Below are positions 26,948-41,635 of a stretch of DNA of 64,000 nt, one piece after another; positions within the stretch are counted from its first letter, which is position 1, and each line of letters starts with the position of its first letter. The DNA comes from Camelus ferus (lineage: Eukaryota). The notes below the pieces were generated by a model. It was not told the origin of the DNA. It did not search any database and worked only from the letters and a program-made list of their open reading frames with translations. The translations under genes and the position numbers were made by a program. The stretch is from contig NC_045707.1 of assembly GCF_009834535.1 (NCBI RefSeq), positions 53,446,001 through 53,510,000 on the forward strand, in the 5' to 3' direction.

Positions 26948-28545
26948 AATAAAATACATTCATAGTCTCTATACTTTGTAGCAATGTTTTGTGAATGTTG
27001 AAAATACTAAATCCTTTCAATTTTCCAAGTTCCTTGGATCTATTAAAGACATAGAGTGAAAATATTGAAAAGCTGAATAGAAATCTGTCCACTTAAAAAT
27101 AGCACTTTATAACAGAGAAAAGAAAAGTGGGACTATTTCTATATTTAAAAGCTGCTGGCTGTTGAATCCCTTTTATGTAAATGAAAAAGTGTCAGTCATT
27201 AAAATTAAAGACTTGTTAAAGTGTGGTTCTTAATTCTATACATTCATATATGTTAGGGTGAATGTCTTCATTGCCAAATTTAACTCACAACCGTATTAGA
27301 TTTACTTGTAACAAGATTCAAAACAACTTGTAGGAGACAAATTCCAAAAAATCCTTTCTCCCTTGGTCTTTTTGGCTTTCTAGTTGCTGAAACAGAAGCC
27401 CTGCAGCCCTATAGGGATTGATTTAACAGCTTATGGAGTGAATGAACCAATACGTGAACTGCACAGGACTGAAGTGTTTAGAAAGTTCTTAGGTCTTTAA
27501 TTACTCAAATGGTAGCAGTTTGTAACTAGTTTGTCACACCTGTCTAGATAGCAATTGAATTTGTTTAACAATTAATGAAAAGTATTCACATAAAATACAT
27601 AAACTCTTGTCCATTTGTGTGCCTTTACTTTTGTTTTAGGATTACGGAAGTGGGCTCTGTTATGGAAGTGGGCTCTGTACATTTGAGAAGCACTTTTATC
27701 CATACATGTGGGTGAAAAACAATCTAGTTTTCTATAAATTTAGAATAGGTTCCTTGAAGGTGAAAAGCAGTCGTTTGTTCTGAATCAGTTACGTATTACC
27801 TGTATCTAGTGCAGAATAAGCTGTAGCTTCTCACGGAGGAATCCCATGTTTCATGGACTGGTGAAGCTGAAGCGAACCATAAAAACACTTCAGAACCACC
27901 TCCATGTTCTCCTGAAGGGTCAGTGTTAATCTCTTCGATGTGTATCAGTAATAAATTGCACAAAATCAATAATTTGCTAGATCTTTAGAGATTGAGTCAG
28001 TACTCCATTTAACTTGGCTTTTCACACTAAAGATTTTTAACTTTTTTGATGAAATATACTTTAAAATTTCAAAAATCGTTCCTGAGGGAAGATACCAGCA
28101 TTCCTTGTCATTATGTGATTGTGTGCAGCAAGTGTAGCATTTTCAGCTACTTAATTCTCCATTCCTCTTATTTTTCCATTTCCAAATTGAGATTACAAAA
28201 AGCAAGTGATTTGTGTAATTTGATATTTGTGGAGTTCTGCCTACCATTAGTGGAAGTATATACATCAGTTACTCAGCTGTCTGTTGACTTGAAACTGCAG
28301 TTAGAAAATCCAAGTGTGTCTGTGCTTCTTACGGTTGCACTGGAAAACTAGTGAATGTGTCACACTTCTCTTCACTTTCATGGCGTATAAAGTGCAGCTA
28401 GCTTATAAAACTTGAAAATCTGGTACTATTTTATTCATGCCTGAAATCTTAAGAGTCCAGAGTGCCTAGTCTCTTATTTTCCAAATAAGCAAAGCTTTGG
28501 GAGTTTAGAATGTAAAATTTGTAGTTTATTTTGTCAAAATAAAAG
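26948..28545 (+). terminator. Candidate SOWAHC polyadenylation signals (AATAAA at ~26948, 27950, 28538)
   Basis: AATAAA hexamers in AU-rich sequence after the stop; which one is used cannot be told from sequence. Confidence 0.3.
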
Positions 28546-30494
28546 GGTGATACTAGACTTTTCCTCTGAATTGTGTAAGTCTCTACAGTCCTGTATATTT
28601 TCATCTGGGTGGTATTTTGCATTTCAGACGATGCTTTTTGAAGGTTCCATCTATTTGATCCCTTATCTAACCCTTAACATCACTGGCCATCTATCCCAAA
28701 TTTACAGATGAAGAAATGAAGGTTGGTGCTGTTCAGGGTCATGAAGCAAATGGCAGTAAGGACTCACGACTCAGTGCTTTTCTACAACATTAACGCTTCT
28801 GCACTTGAATCGCCAGATTTGGGGCAAGCTGCTATAGTTGGGCACCAGCAGTGGAGGAACAACTTGGGGAGAGGGTACCTCTACCACTACCTTTTGAAAA
28901 AAAACAACCTTATGGCCCTTGTACACACCAGCTGCCATAAACTCTCCCTACCCAGACTGGAGCTTCAGAAAGATGTGGGAATGCCTTTTCCAATATCTAT
29001 CAAACATTGGGCATTAATGAATTAGTTTCCCCATCAAAGCTGCCTTTGACCTTTGAATAAAACTCAGCAGACAGCAAAGGACATGGGAACCCTTGTAGCT
29101 GTTCGTCATTCCTCCCTCTTGGGAAGATCCTGCTGTGATGGCTGCTGGGGTTTCTTGTTGCTGTTGATTTATGACAACTTAGAGAGCTAAGTCTAGAATG
29201 ACTTATTTCCTTAGAGGCATGTAACTTAAAAGGATTCATTGAGGAGTTCACTTAAAGATAATTAATTTTCCCTACTGGAAGAGTATTTTTTATTTTGCCA
29301 AATAACTGGCATTATTTAGAGTTTCTTGTAAGTTAATCCTAAAAGTAAGTTCTCCGAATTTGCTGCAAACCATTGTTTCTCAACCAGTCAAATTTTCCTG
29401 AAATACTATTAGAAGGCTGGGAGAGGACACTGAACTTGTTTTTCAAGATAGGGCAGTAGAGTTGTTTGCCTCACTACCCGGTTTTTTTCCTCCAAAGAAT
29501 ATTGCTTTCATGTTACCAAACGTTTTTCTTCTTAATCTCTTTAAATGTCAGTTATGTCTCAGAAGGTATTTTCCCCATTCAGTCAATAAATTGTGTATTT
29601 TTCCATATTTATTGGGGAACGTGTGACAAGTGGCCCCACTTGTGTGTTGCCCAGCGTGTTGAAGGTATGCAGTGAGTGTTGCTTTAATGGAAAACACTGA
29701 AGAAATATTCCATAATGTTGTGTTATATGAGTAATTTCAACAACATGCATTCATTCCAACTGAATGAAGGTAAGAATTTTTCCTACATCGTGGCTGCCCT
29801 GCCAGCCAACCACTTCATCTGCCGCCCAGCCCAAAGAACGACCTTTCAATTCTGGAGGTAAAATCGGCTTTATTAGGATTTTCCTTTGTGAGCAATTTAA
29901 GAGATTTTCAACAGGAAATTTGATTATAAGAACGTATTACAAGTTTATTCAAGTACATAATCCCTAGGAGAATCTATTTGAACTGGTTTTAAATATTCTA
30001 AGTATTATGCATACAAATGACTACTTATTCTGTGAAACCCCACAGAGCAAAAGAATAGGGAGAAGTTTAGTTCAGCTTTGAGAACTTTCTAATAATCACT
30101 TTAAGCGTGCTGCATCTGTCACGTAAGGTAGAACACTCATCCTTTGGAAATAGTTTCTCAGGGGTTATATGAGCACCTGAGAAAGTAAAACAGGTATTCT
30201 TCAAGTACTCTTGTGACTGATTCTGTTTTGAGAAACGTTGCTGTCGGCCATCCATTCTGACAAAATTTCAGCCCAAATTTAGCTGACTTAGAATCAAGTA
30301 AGTGAAGTAGGATCATGTAAGTTTTTTTTTTTCCCCAAACCAAACTTTATTCTGTTCTGATCAAAGAACCTTGAAGTGCCTTTTAGAATATTCCTTTGGG
30401 TCTCTAAGAGACTTTGAGTTAAACACTCTAGAAATATAATTCTACATCCTTGAGATTTGTCCAGAAGCTTCCAACATTGATGAATGTGAGTTTT

Positions 30495-30830
30495 GTCTTA
30501 GTCCTCTCTGGCTACTGTAACAATACCATGGACTGGGTGGCTTGCAAACAACAGAAATGTATTTCTCACAGTGATGGAGGCTGGGGGGGGGTGGTGCAAG
30601 ATCAGGATGCTGGCACATTTGGTGTCCAACAAGGTCTTGCTTCCTGGTTCACAGACGTCTGTCAGTCCGCACAAGGTGTCGGGGCAGAGGGTCTCTGTGG
30701 AGTCCCTGATGAGGGCACTAATCCCATTATGAGGGTGGAGCCCTCCAAAAGGCCCCAGCTCCTCAGACCATCATCTTGGGGTTTGGCTTTCAACGTAATT
30801 CTGGGGACACAAACACTTTGTCCATAGCAA
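30495..30830 (-). mobile_element. MLT1A-like MaLR LTR
   Basis: gtcttagtcc...aacaacagaaatgtatttctcacagt..ggaggctggg...gggcactaatcccatt...ctggggacacaaacact..gtccatagca. Confidence 0.8.
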
Positions 30831-32334
30831 GTTTGCATTCCAGAAGCAGTTCCTTGGGTGCAGTCAGCACCTCAGTGCCACTGCTGCTCACTGGGTCTAC
30901 ACTGAGGGGCTTTACACTCGCCTGAGGGTGTCCTTCAGCTGCGTGAAAACTCTTAATACTCCCAGGAAGCTTCCTGCATGCGCCAGGCAAGATCTTAAGC
31001 ACTTTATAAAAAGCAAGCAGTTTAATTCTCCCCCCTCCCTCCCTACTCAGCCCATGGTGTGGATGAGAAGTCTATGGCAGAAACTGGCTGCTTGCCTCAG
31101 TTCACAAAGCCAGTTGGCAGCAGAGCCTGGCCTTGAACTCTGGCAGCTGGTCCCCAGGTCCCGTGGGAACCACTAACCAAGCCACTTCTCCGGGAACACA
31201 GAGAAGGGCTACCACCAGCGACACGTACATGCTGCAGAGAGTGTGCTGTCCCTGTAAGAGACCAGACAAACCACAGACAGGCAGTAATGGGTGAGACAGA
31301 TATGACTTGTACACGCTGGTGTTGCTTCTGCACATGAGTAAGAGAACTGGATTTTTTGGTGTTTGGCTTTTTCTGTCTCACCTGGGATAAAATTCATCTG
31401 GGTTGGGGAAGAGCATCTCCTTAGCTTAGAATGGTGGAGGTGCTACCAGGTGGGTGCAGTTATGTTTCTCTTTTTAGGCTCTTCTTCCCTCTCCCCGGTC
31501 TCTACCCACCTATCTGAGCATTTGAGCATAAATGAAAGGGCCCCTCCCGCATAATCCTGGATTATAGTTGGCCCCGGATGAAAACCGGCCACACAGCCTC
31601 CATTTTACTTACCCTAAAATTATAAATTTGTGACTCACTGATTCTGAATTTTGGAAACTCATTTTGGAATAGGCAGAAGCTCACCTTTGCTCTAACACAA
31701 AAGGTGATATTTGAAGGCTTTTAAGAACAGAATCTTTAAGAATATTTGCTCATTGTTTGCAAACTGCTCACTTGCTACAACTTTGATACTCAGTTAACTA
31801 CGCATGAACTTCAAATGAATAAAAGCGCCTTGCTTTAATTTATTAACCATTTTTATATAAAAATGTATGCTCATGATACTTCAACTTAAAAAAGTAAGAA
31901 AAAACACACACAACATTGTAAACTGACTATACTTTAAAAAGTAAAAAAAAAAGTATGCTCATGGATAGTTGGAAGTAGACAGGGTGAAAAGTAAAACTTA
32001 CTAGTTTCTCCTCCTATTTGCATCCCCAGCATAATTTCAGCTAGTGGTTCCTCCTATGCTTTTGGGTATTTGACGTTTCTTTCATTCAGGCTGGATTCTC
32101 TCCTGGATTTAAAATCATTTATCCAGTTTGCATGTTCTGGGAAAGTTCCTTCCAGGAGAAGTAATGCTTTCAACCTTAATCACCACTAGAAAACCATGGA
32201 TTCCATTATCAAAAAGCTTAATACCACCTTCAAAGCCAAATCAATCTCCTAAAAACACTCCATAACAAGTTTGGTAAGTGCGGGGTTGGGGTAGGAAAGG
32301 AGAAGGGAGAAAGTGAGGACTTGGGAGAGCCTGT

Positions 32335-32755
32335 GATGGGGTTATACACTCCTTAGGCAGAATGTGGGCCGTCTCAGAAAGGTGAGAGGGAGAGAAGCTG
32401 AGAGGTGCGGGGTGTTTAGTTTAAAGTAAAAGCAGATACACACTCCATAGACAGAACACAGGCCATCTCTGAAGGTAAGAGAGAGAGCGACCACGAGGTG
32501 GGGAGCTGCTAGGTTTTATGGGCTTGGTAATTTCATATGTTAATGGGTAGGAGGGTTATTCCAACTACTTTGGGGAAGAGGCAAGGATTTCCAGGAAACG
32601 CACACCCCCTGCGCACTTTTTGTCCTCTTATGGTCAGCCTAGGAACTGTCACGGCGCCTGTGGGTATGTCATGAGGCTCAACGTCTACTGGATCTTCCGC
32701 AGTCTTGGTTCTAACCAGTTTGTCCTCGGTTGCTGTGTTGTCTGATCCCCTGTTT
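32335..32755 (-). mobile_element. ERV1-like solo LTR (same family as 50243-50900)
   Basis: Shares ttaaagtaaaag.agatacacactccatagacaga and ttatggtcagcct.ggaactgtc with the 50.3-50.9 kb copy. Confidence 0.6.
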
Positions 32756-33339
32756 CACTGTCCATCTTCTCCGGCTCATGTTATTGTGAAGCAGACCTAG
32801 ACATCAAAAAAAGTGGAGTTCAAGCATTGTTGAAATGTCTAAAATTGCTCCTGGTGATTTTGTAATATAAAGTTTGAAATCTAAATGCCAGTTTTCTACA
32901 AATAGTAAGACTAAAAGAGCTCACTGTGCTACCAAGTTGCATGTCACCAGCATGTGCTGATATGTGTAATTTGGAAGTTCCCAGTCCTCTATGAAATGTT
33001 TGGATTTTTAAATTCCTACTAAAACCAAGATTAAAAAGATGTGTTTTTGTCTCTGAAAGGTAAGTGTGCACGTGCACACACACACGCAATCACAAATTGT
33101 TATCACACCTAAAATACTGGCAGTAACTCCTTAGTGTCATCAAATACTCAGAGTTCTCAAATTTGCCCAATTTTCTCATATTTCTAAATAATTTGTTAAA
33201 AAAAATTAAGTTCATGCATTTCAATAGGTTATTATGTCTCTTAAGTCTCTTAACAAGTAGTTAATTTCTTCCCTTTGGTGGTGGTTTTTAGCATCTAAAA
33301 ACTCAGGAAATATATGCAAGATACTATTACCTGGGTCCT

Positions 33340-33726
33340 TCTGAGAGGAGCTGCAGCAGCGGGTGTGGGGGAGGGGTCTGACCCTGGAAGGCCCCACAGG
33401 GTCCTGCTCGCTTACGGCCATGGATAGTAAGGTGCACACCAAAGAAATGATCTCAGTGAGCCTAGACTCTTGCACCTTCCCACACATAGAAAAGTGCTAA
33501 ATTCATTAACATGAGGTGTCTGGTTTTCTTTAATTAACAGTAATCTTTTGATGGTCTGACTACCTCGTTTTTTGTTGCGGAAACTCGTATGTTCTGGCTC
33601 CTCCCTCACCTCTTTGGAGCCACACCTTAGAGTCTGAGAGCCTGCCTCCCAGGATTGAGTCCTCAGAAGTCCGCCAAACAGAACATAACTCTCAACTGTT
33701 AGATTGTGCATTTTCTTCAGTTGACA
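33340..33726. mobile_element. ERV LTR fragments
   Basis: gagtcctcag...aacataactctcaact.ttag..tgtgc.ttt.ttcagttgaca terminus shared with 37558-38010. Confidence 0.55.
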
Positions 33727-36584
33727 GGGAGAATCAATTACCATCCCAGATGTAGAGCTGTGAGTGATGGCCATGAACTTGCTGAGAAGAACACTGGGAG
33801 ATGGAGGAAGCAGCCAGAGGGCAGGACCTCAGTCGGGGCCACACTGAGTCTGAGACAGGACAAGCAGTCTCAGGCCCCAGGTGGATGTGCAGCCTGGAGC
33901 TCAGGGAAGGTACACATTTAGGAGTCGCCAGCCAGTGGATGGCATTAAAACTAGGGGATCAAATTGGTTCACTAGGAGAGAGAGTAGTTGAAGAGAAGTA
34001 GTTTGTATTAGAGCTAGAATTTTCCCAAATCTAAGATGAGCACTAAGAAATCTGAGGCAAAAAAAGAAATTAGGTTTTTGTGGTAACAGCGTTCAAGCCA
34101 CAGGAGCTGTGAATTGTCCGTTTGTCTCTTTATCCCCAAGGGCATTGGGAACTGTTGCTGGGAAGACGCAGCCTTGGACTGGAATGTAGGCCTGCAGCCA
34201 GCACTCCACCTTCCAAAGAAGCGAAGCTGTCATTCAAACTCGGCCTTGTCTCCTGCCTGCTTCTCGGCTGCTTGTCAGTATTTGATTCCCAGATCACAGG
34301 ACCCCCTGCGTTGCCAAACCCCAAGCCCATCACTTGAGACAGAAGTGGAAGTCAGCAGAAACCACCCTGATCGAACTGTCAACTTTGGGAACTTTTCCCT
34401 AGTTGTTTGTTCCTGCCGGTCCCACCCCTGCAGAGCGAGGCAGTGCTAACTAAGCAGCTTTTGTTTGAGTCCAACTGTGTGGCCCAAGGACAAAGCCGCA
34501 TTTACCAGCCAGTGGGGCCTAAATGTCAGAGCAAATGCCAGCAGCAGGTTCCTCTTCAGTCTTCCCTCAGAGCTCCAGTTGCGGCTGCTTGGCCTTGACC
34601 GCTGTCTCAGGCCCTTGACTGCCGAGAATGTAGGGTCAACCTTCCAAGGAAAAGGACATAGAGAAGGATTGGAGGAAGGAGGTGGGGCTTGCACTGCAAA
34701 TCCTCACCAGTTCAGACAGCAGTTTCAGTTCCTTTTGGAGCAGCAGGTCGTCTGTGAATTTGCAGAGTGAGCACCCAGCCCCTTCTGGCCAGATCCCTGG
34801 TGGGTGATGCCTGCAATTCACCTTTTGACCAGAGATTTTGTTCTCTGTGTAAAGCCATTAGTGAGGGAAACCAGGCCTTATTAAGACAAATCCATCAGCG
34901 GACAAACCTGTCACTCAGCTCTTGGCCCACTGCACACTCACCCCAGAGCTAGACAGACATGCGGCCACACCCAGAGTCTCGACTGCCTGGCCCCATGGCC
35001 TCCCAGAGGTTTCTAGAGTTGGGTGAGCACTGGATCCATGCCCCGAGGGAAACACAAGAGTGGGTCGTGAGCACAGCACTGTCATCGGCAAATCAGCACA
35101 GAGCCTTGTGTTTGTGTGCTTCTGTACAAAGACACTTTATTTAATATAAATCGTTGATTCGTTAGCATTGAACTCTTAGCATTGGGGCTGATTTTAACAG
35201 CATAGTCACCCACAGAAAGCATGAAATGTGAGAACTAAACAGACCAGGAAGGACACTTGTTTTACAGTGTGAGATGAGATAGCAAGCGGGGCCTTGCTCG
35301 CTTGACCTCAGCTGGGACCGCACGGATGGGCAGCAGATGTCCCTTCGCTCTGAGTATCTCCACACATGACTGTGGAAGCAGGCTAAGCATTGACTCTGGG
35401 TTATAAATTTTATGTTTCAGAGAGTGGGTGGATCACAAATCCTGACTACCGAGGATCTACTCTGTGTCCCTGTGTGTGGGGGGGTGTTACCTGTCAAAGT
35501 GGGACACCCACACACATGTGCGTACATGTGACACCCACACGCATACGTTTCCCATGCTTGAAAAGTAAAACTTACACTCATCACACCCGCCACTCCGTGA
35601 CCCTAAAGCTCACCTCCCTCAGTTTCCTGGAGCAATCTTCTGGTTACTTGGTTTACAACTCTTCAGAGTAGAAATTTCTGACTCTAACCACCCGGCACCA
35701 TCCCAGTCAGACTAACCCAGCTTGTAAAGTTCCAGGGACCACACCCACTCCTGACTCAAGGCAGCAGAATCGGGGACAGAGGGCTGGAGCCCAGGGTGGG
35801 ACTGTAAAGGCGTGTTTTACACAGTTTACAAAACTCACAGCTCAAGTTTGAGAATCACCATGAAGAGGTTTCCAGACGGTTAGAGACACAGCCTTGAGAT
35901 TTTGACCAGGGCAAGAGGCAAACCACAGCCCTTTCCGCTACCCCCTAACCTGGGAGCAGATGAAGCCAGACTGAACCTGACTCCAGGAGAGAAGGTCGGA
36001 AGACAGGGACACAGCGGCAGATCCGTCTGAAGCTGGGTGACCTGGGGAGGTTATCACTTTCTCCATCTTATCTGGGAGGTGAGGGTGACAACAGCAGTTC
36101 TCGCTGATGGCTGCCATAGAACTATAGGTTTTAACGCGCAGAGAACAGGTGGAACTACCCAACCACCACCTGTTATTACTCTTATTGTTATTAACTCGTC
36201 GCCTGGACCACAGCCAGATCCCACCCCACTCCTCAGTTCACTTTTCAGCCACTGAATCCCAAACCTTCCCGATTCCAGACTGTATGTTTGTTTCTTTGTT
36301 TGTTCTCATTTAGTTGGTAATTTTCTGTAACTGAAGTATAGTTGATTGGGTGTTTCTGTTTTAGATGGTTACTTTTTTAAAACTGTATTTCAAAGAGAAG
36401 TAGACATTCACATCCATCTGAGCCAAAATGAAAAAGACAACACCCAGTTCTGGTAAAAGTACGGAGAAAGTGAGCTTTCCAAACCTTGCTGTTGGGAGTG
36501 TAAACTGGTACCCCCTCTTTGACACCATCCTTCAGAGTTAGCACCGAGACACAAAGGCGCCCAACAGTCCCACTTCTAAAAGCA

Positions 36585-37100
36585 CAGGGACTGAGGGAAG
36601 GAAAAGCCTTTCCTCCACCCTCTTAGGTCCTGTCACTGGACCTGAGAATTAAACTGTCATAGACATATTAACAGGAGAAAAGTTTGCAAATTTTATATCG
36701 TATTTTTATGTGCCTGTGGAAGCCTTCATAGGAAAAATAAGACCCAAAAAGCGGGTAGGCCTGAGACTTATATACCATTTTTAACAAAAAATAAATTTGT
36801 GGAGCAGTGACAAGACAGAAGAAAAAGTGTAGGCTTCCTGGTGGTAAATTGCAGGACAGTGACTGGAAATACACAGGGGCAGGCAGAAAGAGGATGGTTT
36901 AGGAGGGTGCTGTAGGGAATAGATTCCCGGTTTCTGATGATAAGAATGTGTTTCTCTTCCTGGTTCAGGGAAGGCGTCTTTTTCATGGGAAAGTTTTACG
37001 TTTCTAGCTGGAAAGGGGGAGGTCAGAGACTTTCCTGCATCTGCTGTTTCTCAAGGTCCTCAGGGCCAAAAAGTCATTATGCAGAAGCCGCCAGTCCTGC
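36585..37100 (-). mobile_element. ERV1-like LTR remnant
   Basis: attaacaggagaaaag, gggggaggtcagagact.tcctgcatctgctgtttctc; LTR-like composition. Confidence 0.45.
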
Positions 37101-37557
37101 GCCTCACCCTGCAGCTCATTCACCAAAAGACATCACATGTGCGAGGAAATGTCAGTAATGACCCAGCCGGGGTGACCTGCCTTCTGTCCAGCAGCAGCCT
37201 GGGCGCAGGAACCAGGTACTTGCACAGCGGGGAGACTCGGCCCCTCGCTGGAGGACTGCGACCTCCCCCAGGGGCGGGGAGATGACACACTGCGCATCCA
37301 CCTGTGCCCGGTGCAGACACGCATGGTGTTGGATCGTGGGCACAGGAGACGCGAACGGAGAGGCCGCAGGGTGTCCAGGATTCTGTCGTGTTCGTGCAGC
37401 TGGGCGTGTGTCTGGACCCGTAAGGACTTGCCTTGGTTGTGTGCCTACTTAGGCACCTTACTGAATTTCTTACATTTTAGTGAAAGTTAACTCAAAAATC
37501 AAAGGCAGGGTTGAGTATTCTGTGGTTGGAGGTGTGAACGAAAAATATTGCAAATCG

Positions 37558-38010
37558 TATCAGTAAACAAAGAATGCTGAAGCACCAAGTCATCAGCGGC
37601 TGCCTGCCGCCCCCCAGTGAGGACAAGCCTGCAGCCCAGCCTCTGCAGCCACTCACAATGGTGCACCCTGAAGGGACTCAGAATAAGAAAGGACAGGATA
37701 CTGGCCCTAGATAGCTAGGTGCTCGTCAAAGGAATGAATTTAATGAGCCCAAATGCTTGCTTCCTCCCATACAGAGAAAAGCGCTAAATTCTTTAACTGG
37801 AGATGCCGGATTTTCTTTAGATAACACGTAATCTTTTATTGTTCCAACTACCTGGTCTTTGCCGTGAAGCTCCTGTATAACCCAGCCCCTCTCCTGCCTC
37901 TTGGGAGCAGTCCCTCAGAGGGATTTGAGAGGCTGTCACCCGGGCTCGAGTCCTCCCCCCAGTGAAACATAACTCTCAACTTTTAGGCTGTGCGTTTATT
38001 TCAGTCGACA
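37558..38010 (+). mobile_element. ERV solo LTR
   Basis: Contains tataa; ends ...aacataactctcaacttttaggctgtgcgtttatttcagtcgaca; related to the 33.4-33.7 kb copy. Confidence 0.6.
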
Positions 38011-41000
38011 GAGGTGAGGCCTGATGTTAAAGATGGAGAACAACTGGGTGGCATTAAAGAAAGACTGAGAGTGGAAACCCTGGAATTCGCAGAGGCCGGC
38101 TGCAGAGCTGGGCCCGGGCGGGGCACTTCGCAGGGACCCGTCCCTGCCTTGTGCTCACGGGGCCGTGTTCCGCTTCACGAGGGAGGTGTCCAGTCTCCCC
38201 GTCTGTTTTGTCAGAGGCTCTCCAGCTCTTCCTCTTCCGCATGTTTTCCATCCACCCCAAGCCCAGTGGAGACAGTAACATCCCCAGGCAGAGGGAAGGG
38301 TCTATTCCGTTCTCTGAGCAGAAAGAGCTTCTCTCCCAGTCTTTCCCAGACCTGCCTGTCTGTCAGAATCACCCCAAGTGCTTGCCAGAAACACATTCTC
38401 CAGGGCAGTTTCCTGGGGATTCTGATTTGGTTGGGCTGGGGTGGGATCTGGGACCCCAGACTCTTCTTCCAGTCAGACAAGTTTATGAAGCAGTGCTCTA
38501 ATGCACAGGACAGTCTTTGGAAAAGAATAAATGCATTACTGTAAAAGTGAGATGATTTGAAAATAGTCCAAAATCTTCAAAAAATTTTACAATGCATCCA
38601 GCAGTAAAGTTGCTACATAAAAATACAGGATGCTCAGGTAAAACTAAAGTTCAGATAAACAACAAAAAATATTTTGCGTGAGATGTCCTTAGACTGTTTA
38701 TCTAAGACTCACATTTAGCTGGGCGCTCTGTATTGTCATTAGCTGAATCTGACCACCGTCCAGGAGGGGTGAGGACACAGGCGCTGGCTGGGGCTGACTG
38801 CAGATGGGAACGGGCAGGTTGGGCGGTCATAGGGGCAGTTGCATGATGGTGGGAACACTGGTTGACTATTAGGAAGGCCAGGTACTGCTGTAAGCACCTC
38901 ACACAGTGAGGTGGGCAACACCCTTATTCCCCCTTCACAGATTGGAAATGGGGCAGAGAGCTGTAACTTGCCCAAAATCGCAGCAGTGAGGACCTGGAGG
39001 ATCAGGTTCCTCCCAGGCAGTGTGATCCCTGTCCCTGGACCACCTCTCAGCCTGGCCACCACCAGCATAGGTCAGGGTTCTTGGAAACAGGGCTCTTACC
39101 CACTATGCGTGGTCCCTGCCCCTAGCCCCACTCAGTAATGTGTTCAGCAAATATGAACCAGGGCTTGTGGGATGTGAACAGAACAGCCCAGGCCCTGCAG
39201 TGTGGAGCTCACAGTGGCAGGAGGAGCGGGATTGTTTCCAGAACTCCCGTCAGAGGTTCCGATGAGCCCTTAAGTCCCCTCCTCCGGGGAAGGTGAGGAC
39301 CCACTGGTCTGGCGCCTCTCTCTTCTCAAACCTGTAGCTGCCTTGCCCAGGGCTGGCCGCTCCCACCGTGGCTCCCACTGTGTCTTATCGATTTGCATTC
39401 CAGCCGCTTGTGCTCTTGCCACTGACCTGAGGACTCAAAGCAGCACTTTGTCCAGGAAGTAAGAGGCATCGGCCAGCTGCCCCCGCATAGTCTGAGGACT
39501 GAGGAGGGTCCCTGGAATCCACTGAAGACCTCAGAGTAGGCATCAGTCCAAGATAGAACCTGAGGGGGAACCGGGTGTGTCTGGGAGGACTTGGTGCCCA
39601 GCCAGGAGACTGCCCATCCCTGGGTAGATTTCCCACCTTTTTTGGTAACCCAAGACATCCTTCCAGTGGCAGTGGTCTTCCCATTTCCATCCAAAGGACG
39701 GCTGAGTGTCAGAGCTGGTGGGCCACCTGCTGTCCCTCTGCCTTTACAGAAACTGGTCTTTCTTTGCTCTCCCCCGCTCTGCCCCCCACCCCTACCCACC
39801 ACAGCAATTGAAGGCTGCTGTTCTTTTTATGACAGCACCTAAAACAGCACTATTACCAGGATCATCATGAAGGAAACGTAAATCAAAACTGTGAGACTGT
39901 TTTTCACGTGTCAGATGGACGACCAGAGGGTGCTGAGTTGCATCTCAGTGTTGGTGCGGGGGTGGGGAGACAGGTGTTCTCATACACCTTTGGGAGAGAG
40001 TATATTGGGACACATTTCTTTTTGGAGTGCACTTTGGTAATAACTATGAAAATTAAAAGTGCACACACCCTTTGACCCAGGTCCCCTGGAGGAATTCACC
40101 ATGCAGCGTACCCCCAAATACTTGCAGAAGGATGTTTACTGCAGCACTAGACGTAGCAGTGAAAAAGCCCAGGAACAATGAGCCTCAATGTCCTTCAATG
40201 GAGAAATGATTAAATAGTCTGTAGTTTCTCTGCAAGATTGAATTCCACGTAACTATTGAAAAGAGTGAGCTAGAAAGATACCCAAGATACCTTTCTTCTT
40301 CTCTTCATCTATCATTGAATAATTCAGTCACCATGATTACAACGTGCTGGTCACGGTGCTGGGGAAGAAGCAGTCCAGCGCCAGAGCCTCGGTGCAGATG
40401 GGGCAGTGGGAGCCCGCAGAACAGGGGAGGTCAGGAGAGGTCCCCGCGTCGTGGCCCTGTGGTGGGAACTGCGGGAAAACAGAAGTGAGGTGGCAGATGG
40501 AGCTGGGTGAGGGGACCAGGAGGTCCATTTGTGAAAGGGGGAAACTTGAATATGTAAAAGCCAAAGGGAAGAATTCAGATGCAATGCGCTATTAAGTTCA
40601 AAACTATAGCCACAAGTGTGTGTCAACACGCATATCGATGTAGCATGATACAGTGTGCACAGTATAACCTCATTTGTGTGGAAGTTTGGAGACTGTTCAT
40701 AAGATGATTTATATGCATAAAGTGTGTTCTGGAAGGACACGAGGGTTATTAATAGTGGTAACTATTGTTGTCTCTGCGGGAGCTGGTGGGTGGAAGGGAC
40801 GTGTGATTTGTCTTATGTTACACGTCAGCACTCTCCTTCCTCCCTCAGCCTGAATTCCTAATTTTCAGGGTGTTTGATGTCATCCAAGTATGAAGAGGAA
40901 AGCAATTCTAACGAAAGGAATCCAAGGAATCCAAGATAAAAGGCAAAGTTTTAATAGCCCCCAGCCCCCTCTTAAACTGTGCTGAATCACAAGGGGTGGA

Positions 41001-41264
41001 ATTCAGGAATGTGGGTGTCCCTCCCCGCCCTGGGGTGCAGGTGTCACCTGGCTGTGCCCACTGAGCCTCCAAACGTTCTCACCGGCTGCAGGGTGGGGTT
41101 ACCTGGGGACCTTCAGAAATACTGATGACCTGTTGCCACACCTGATCAGGTAAATCCAGGCCATGGGGGCGGGGCCCAGTTGTCACTGTTTTGAACTCTT
41201 GACTCTCTACAGTGGTTCTCAACCGACTGCAAGTTAGAATTACTGAGGGAGTGAATATTAACGT

Positions 41265-41635
41265 CTGTGTCAGTCTGCTCCGATAACTGTAACAAAATAC
41301 CACAGACTGGGTGGCTTAAAAACAGAAATCCATTTTCTCGTAATTCTGGAGGCTGGAAGTCGAAGGTCAGGGTGTATTTTGGGTTAGGGGGTTCCTTCTG
41401 AGGCCTGTCTCCTTGGCTTGGAGATGGCCACCCTCTCCCTGCGTCTTCAAGTCGTCTTTCCTCTGTGTGCCCGTGGCCTATCTCCTCCTGTAAGGACGCC
41501 AGTTTCAGTGGCGCACAGTCCACCCTAATGACCTCATCTAACTCAGTCACCTCTTCAAAGGCTCCGTCCCAAGGTTCCGGCAGTTAGGACTGTGACATAT
41601 TAATTTTGAGGGGACACAATTCAGCCCCAAACACT
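41265..41635 (-). mobile_element. MLT1C/B-like MaLR LTR
   Basis: aacaaaataccacagactgggtggcttaaaaacagaaat...ctggaggctggaagtc...ttttgaggggacacaattcagccc. Confidence 0.8.
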